Shown here: positions 17,410-20,000 of the stretch, in pieces
Layout of the letters: each line of letters starts with the position of its first letter
Numbering within the stretch: the stretch's first letter is position 1
From: an uncultured virus (IMG/VR IMGVR_UViG_3300009183_000092)
Lineage: Duplodnaviria; Heunggongvirae; Uroviricota; Caudoviricetes
Length of the DNA: 20,000 bases
Strand: one strand, 5' to 3'
Virus record (IMG/VR): IMGVR_UViG_3300009183_000092
Program-made: the position numbers and the translations under genes
Notes under the pieces: generated by a model
Told to the model about the DNA's origin: nothing
The model's database searches: none
Seen by the model: only the letters and a program-made list of their open reading frames with translations

Positions 17410-17460
17410 GGTTAAGACCACCCAAAGGTGGTTTCGGCCATTAGGCCTCGTCAGTTAACC
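17410..17460 (-). ncRNA. Type I hammerhead ribozyme HHR3
   Basis: GGUUAA-CUGACGA-GGCC[UAAU]GGCC-GAAA-CCACC[UUUG]GGUGG-UC^UUAACC; cut between 17416 and 17415. Confidence 0.95.
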
Positions 17461-18354
17461 TGCATAAATTGTCTCAAATAATCTCTCATCCAATGTCCTT
17501 TGTTGGTCAAAGGTTTTTTTCAATTTACCATGAATCAATTCATTGAATGCATTGTATACTATCCATTGGTTAGGTCTAGTATTCAATTGCTTTGTCTCGC
17601 GCTCTACAACATCAAAGATGAATCGTGCATTGGCGCTAGGCTCCGGATTCTTATCAGATGCCTCATATTTAAACAATCCTAGAGTCTTAGCAGTTACTTT
17701 AACGTAATCCTCTAAGTTGTATACCGGTCTCTCTGCAAGCACCTCAAATTTGCGCTTAAGGGTAAAGAATTCATTGTCCATGAACAATTTTACAATCTCA
17801 TCCAATTTAGGCATTACGATGTCGGTAATGGCTCCGCTATGCTTTACTGAGAATCCTATGTGAGTCTGAGCTACGTGTAATCCATTGTCACATACTTTGC
17901 GCCAAAATCCAAAGCTACCACTAGTCTTGCAACTGCCATCGTAACTATTAACGAATCGTAACATAGGGCGTAAAATATCTTTCTCACCTTTAACCTCTAC
18001 TTTGTATCGGTCATCTGCTAGGATATAATCCACTACAAAAGAGCGATTGTCACGATTAATACTACGTTGTTGGTAATAAATGTCCGCATCAATTAACTTC
18101 TCCTCTACTCCTAGGAAGAAAATCTCATTAGGCAAATGGCCATAAGAATTAGATACTACGTTCACGATTTGATTCTCACAAACGATAGCATTCTCCAAAC
18201 CCCTTCTAGACGGGATTCCGGTTAGTTTCTCCAATGGGACTACCTCAGATGTCACTAGAACATCATCTTGTCTAGAATTGGCTAAAAGGTGGCTTAATTT
18301 TGATTCTGCCTCTTGACTAGTTTTTGCTGAAAATTTGTCTTGTAATTGATTCAT
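17455..18354 (-). CDS. DUF932 (DUF945) family phage/plasmid protein
   Basis: VVSNSY..LPN..F, LRFVNSYDGS, FWRKVCDNG..., H.G and W.VYNAFNE motifs. Confidence 0.85.
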   Translation of the reverse strand: MNQLQDKFSAKTSQEAESKLSHLLANSRQDDVLVTSEVVPLEKLTGIPSRRGLENAIVCENQIVNVVSNSYGHLPNEIFFLGVEEKLIDADIYYQQRSINRDNRSFVVDYILADDRYKVEVKGEKDILRPMLRFVNSYDGSCKTSGSFGFWRKVCDNGLHVAQTHIGFSVKHSGAITDIVMPKLDEIVKLFMDNEFFTLKRKFEVLAERPVYNLEDYVKVTAKTLGLFKYEASDKNPEPSANARFIFDVVERETKQLNTRPNQWIVYNAFNELIHGKLKKTFDQQRTLDERLFETIYAG

Positions 18355-18393
18355 AAAATTAGGTCAGTTTTTTATGTGGTGGCTCCACATTAT

Positions 18394-18445
18394 GGTTAAG
18401 ACCATCCGGAGATGGTTTCGCATATTGAATGCTCCTCAGTTAACC
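18394..18445 (-). ncRNA. Type I hammerhead ribozyme HHR4
   Basis: GGUUAA-CUGAGGA-GCAU[UCAAU]AUGC-GAAA-CCAUC[UCCG]GAUGG-UC^UUAACC; cut between 18400 and 18399. Confidence 0.95.
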
Positions 18446-18449
18446 TTTG

Positions 18450-18698
18450 TTACGCTAGTCTAGGTAAAAAGTCCTCATCATCCTCTCTTAATCCATTGTA
18501 ATCGTGTGCAATTGTTTCAATGATTATTAAAGGAGTCTCAGCATTGTTTACCAATTCCTTCAGATTGTCTATGTAAGGACATAGCTTAACTGCTATATCC
18601 ATTTGTGTACGAGGTGATGCTAAATCGCCAACATACTTTTCAATGATTAATAACGTGTCACATAATTGTTCATACTTGTTGCTTAATAATTGTTCCAT
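18450..18698 (-). CDS. Hypothetical protein
   Basis: ORF track; flanked by HHR5 and HHR4; C-terminal HDYNGL....FLPR. Confidence 0.7.
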   Translation of the reverse strand: MEQLLSNKYEQLCDTLLIIEKYVGDLASPRTQMDIAVKLCPYIDNLKELVNNAETPLIIIETIAHDYNGLREDDEDFLPRLA

Positions 18699-18716
18699 GA
18701 TTGTAAATTTTTAATT

Positions 18717-18769
18717 GGTTAAGACCTGCCTAAGCAGGTTTCGGATATTGAATCCATCTTCAGTTAACC
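18717..18769 (-). ncRNA. Type I hammerhead ribozyme HHR5 (extra U after CUGAAGA)
   Basis: GGUUAA-CUGAAGA-U-GGAU[UCAAU]AUCC-GAAA-CCUGC[UUAG]GCAGG-UC^UUAACC; cut between 18723 and 18722. Confidence 0.92.
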
Positions 18770-18773
18770 TAGT

Positions 18774-18890
18774 TTAAAATCTTCTATCGTCTTGTTTATT
18801 GTGTTGTATCAATGTCTTAATGAATACAAATAATACAATAGAAATAAGGGTGAACGCGCCAATTATTATGGCATCAATTAAATTTATCAT
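18774..18890 (-). CDS. Small single-TM protein (38 aa; not in ORF track)
   Basis: MINLIDAIIIGAFTLISIVLFVFIKTLIQHNKQDDRRF; stop 4 nt before HHR5. Confidence 0.6.
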   Translation of the reverse strand: MINLIDAIIIGAFTLISIVLFVFIKTLIQHNKQDDRRF

Positions 18891-18911
18891 TTTATCTAGT
18901 ATTAAAAGTTA

Positions 18912-19133
18912 TTAAATGCAATCAGCAAACATTGTAGCAATGCTCATTGATTCGTATGTTTTAATGTTGGTTTGTTTTTCAATATCCAATGCTAATCCGA
19001 TTAAATTTCTAAGTACTTGTTTTTTTGCATCAATACAATCCATTTTTTCAGATTTCCACTCAAGGATGTTTGAACCAATAGATAATAATACTTGTTTTAC
19101 TTGATTTTCGTCAGTTAGGTTAATTTGATACAT
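18912..19133 (-). CDS. Hypothetical protein, first gene of the operon
   Basis: ORF track; ATG 11 nt after HHR6. Confidence 0.65.
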   Translation of the reverse strand: MYQINLTDENQVKQVLLSIGSNILEWKSEKMDCIDAKKQVLRNLIGLALDIEKQTNIKTYESMSIATMFADCI

Positions 19134-19144
19134 ATTATATGTTA

Positions 19145-19200
19145 TTAGGTTTCGCCATTCTGTGGCTCTTCAGTACTGCGAATATTAGCAGTAGACCTAA
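19145..19200 (-). ncRNA. Type III hammerhead ribozyme HHR6
   Basis: UUAGG-UC^UACUGC[UAAUAUUC]GCAGUA-CUGAAGA-GCCA[CAGAA]UGGC-GAAA-CCUAA; cut between 19194 and 19193. Confidence 0.93.
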
Positions 19201-19562
19201 AAGGTCAGGAATTCAATATAAGTAATAACAATGCGCTATAAATCCATATTTCAGTATGGTAGTGCTTTGTCTAATCTAGGTGGTGTTTCTCTTGTATATT
19301 ACTGCTATTCTTTGCGTACAAATAAGCCGCTTAGCTGATTTAATACTTGATACTTGACCGATTGTGGGTTGCTATGCATTGCCGTTGTCCTAACTAGATG
19401 CGGTGAACATCATCGCTTATATCTGCATCCTTTCTAGCTAGACTCTTAGCTACTATATATATTGGAGTGAATCGTTTAGGGCTATTGTGCCGACCTTTTA
19501 CATAGTCTAGAGGTAAGAGGTAGATGTGACCAAACTCAATGGTAGTAAGGGTTTGCTTGATA

Positions 19563-19601
19563 TTTCAAAGAGCGAAGTGCGATTTCGTTTCCCTCAATCG
19601 C
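19563..19601 (-). promoter_or_regulatory. Antitermination signal: hairpin followed by boxA
   Basis: GCGAUU[GAGGGAAACGA]AAUCGC (19601-19579), then CGCUCUUUGAAA (19574-19563), matching boxA GYUCUUURA. Confidence 0.65.
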
Positions 19602-19605
19602 TACG

Positions 19606-19638
19606 CTAAGGTAGTACATTATTTTATATTTGAGCAAA
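19606..19638 (-). promoter_or_regulatory. Main leftward (early) promoter, Bacteroidota type
   Basis: TTTG(19638-19635)-21 nt-TACCTTAG(19613-19606), one mismatch to TAnnTTTG, immediately followed by the hairpin and boxA. Confidence 0.6.
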
Positions 19639-20000
19639 TTAAATAAGTTTTTTTATGATTTTTTCAAGTCTTAACATTTCTTTCACAAATGCCATGCTAT
19701 GGCTTTATTGCGCATTTTAAGACGATTCTAGACACCCCAATTGTTTTTGATATAATTACCAAGGATGCCCCAAGATAATTTAAATTTGAGCAAATTAGAT
19801 TTTTAATTAATACATAACTCATTGACCAAACTAAATCCTTTAGCAATACTAATTCCTTTAGCATCATGCCCATCTCTACCACATCCCCCCCCTTCCTTAA
19901 CATACCAACCAACATATAACCAATGCAAATAAGGTAAGCAATTGCAAGACACCATGACCATAACCATGTCCATGTCCCAACCCCATAAACCAACGCCAAC

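Noticed and set aside
17396..17425. N-terminal extension MGGLNQKIIN of ORF 17162..17425
   Set aside because: The TTG start lies within HHR3 stem III, upstream of the cut; ATG 17395 matches the spacing at the other junctions.
15209..18769. GGTTAA...GTTAACC intergenic repeats as integron attC sites, CRISPR repeats or terminators
   Set aside because: The ends do not fit RYYYAAC/GTTRRRY, the spacers are whole genes, interiors vary, there is no U-tract on the sense strand and no integrase or cas gene. The hammerhead core explains the conserved positions.
8656..19104. Overlapping ORFs 8656..8874, 10172..10363, 10714..10905, 11751..11948, 13627..13866, 14880..15083, 15100..15471, 17500..17682, 18916..19104
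   Set aside because: Each overlaps a better supported gene on the opposite strand or in another frame.
19697..19999. 100-aa minus-strand hydrophobic ORF
   Set aside because: Arises from a skewed low-complexity tract, starts at the window edge and has no recognisable motif. Not excluded, but unsupported.

Overview
AT-rich window from a tailed phage or prophage, probably infecting a Bacteroidota host (TAnnTTTG-type promoters, A-rich start regions without Shine-Dalgarno sites). The left half carries the 3' part of a Gly-Thr-Ser collagen-like tail fibre with an S74 chaperone domain, a reverse-oriented glycosylation cassette (GT4 fused to an Aah/TibC-type heptosyltransferase, a methyltransferase-GT fusion, a degenerate HNH protein), a membrane/lysis module with an M15 endolysin, and a metallophosphoesterase. 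The right half (13001-19640, minus strand) is an early-type operon of small genes with DUF932, preceded by a promoter, a hairpin plus boxA and a ~400-nt non-coding leader. The main finding is six hammerhead ribozymes at gene junctions of this operon: five type I copies with an identical stem I (GGUUAA/UUAACC) but different, fully paired stem III and one type III copy at the head. They should cut the transcript into gene-sized units whose two ends can re-pair, possibly giving circular mRNAs. A seventh junction holds an unnamed pseudoknot containing the same GGUUAAC.
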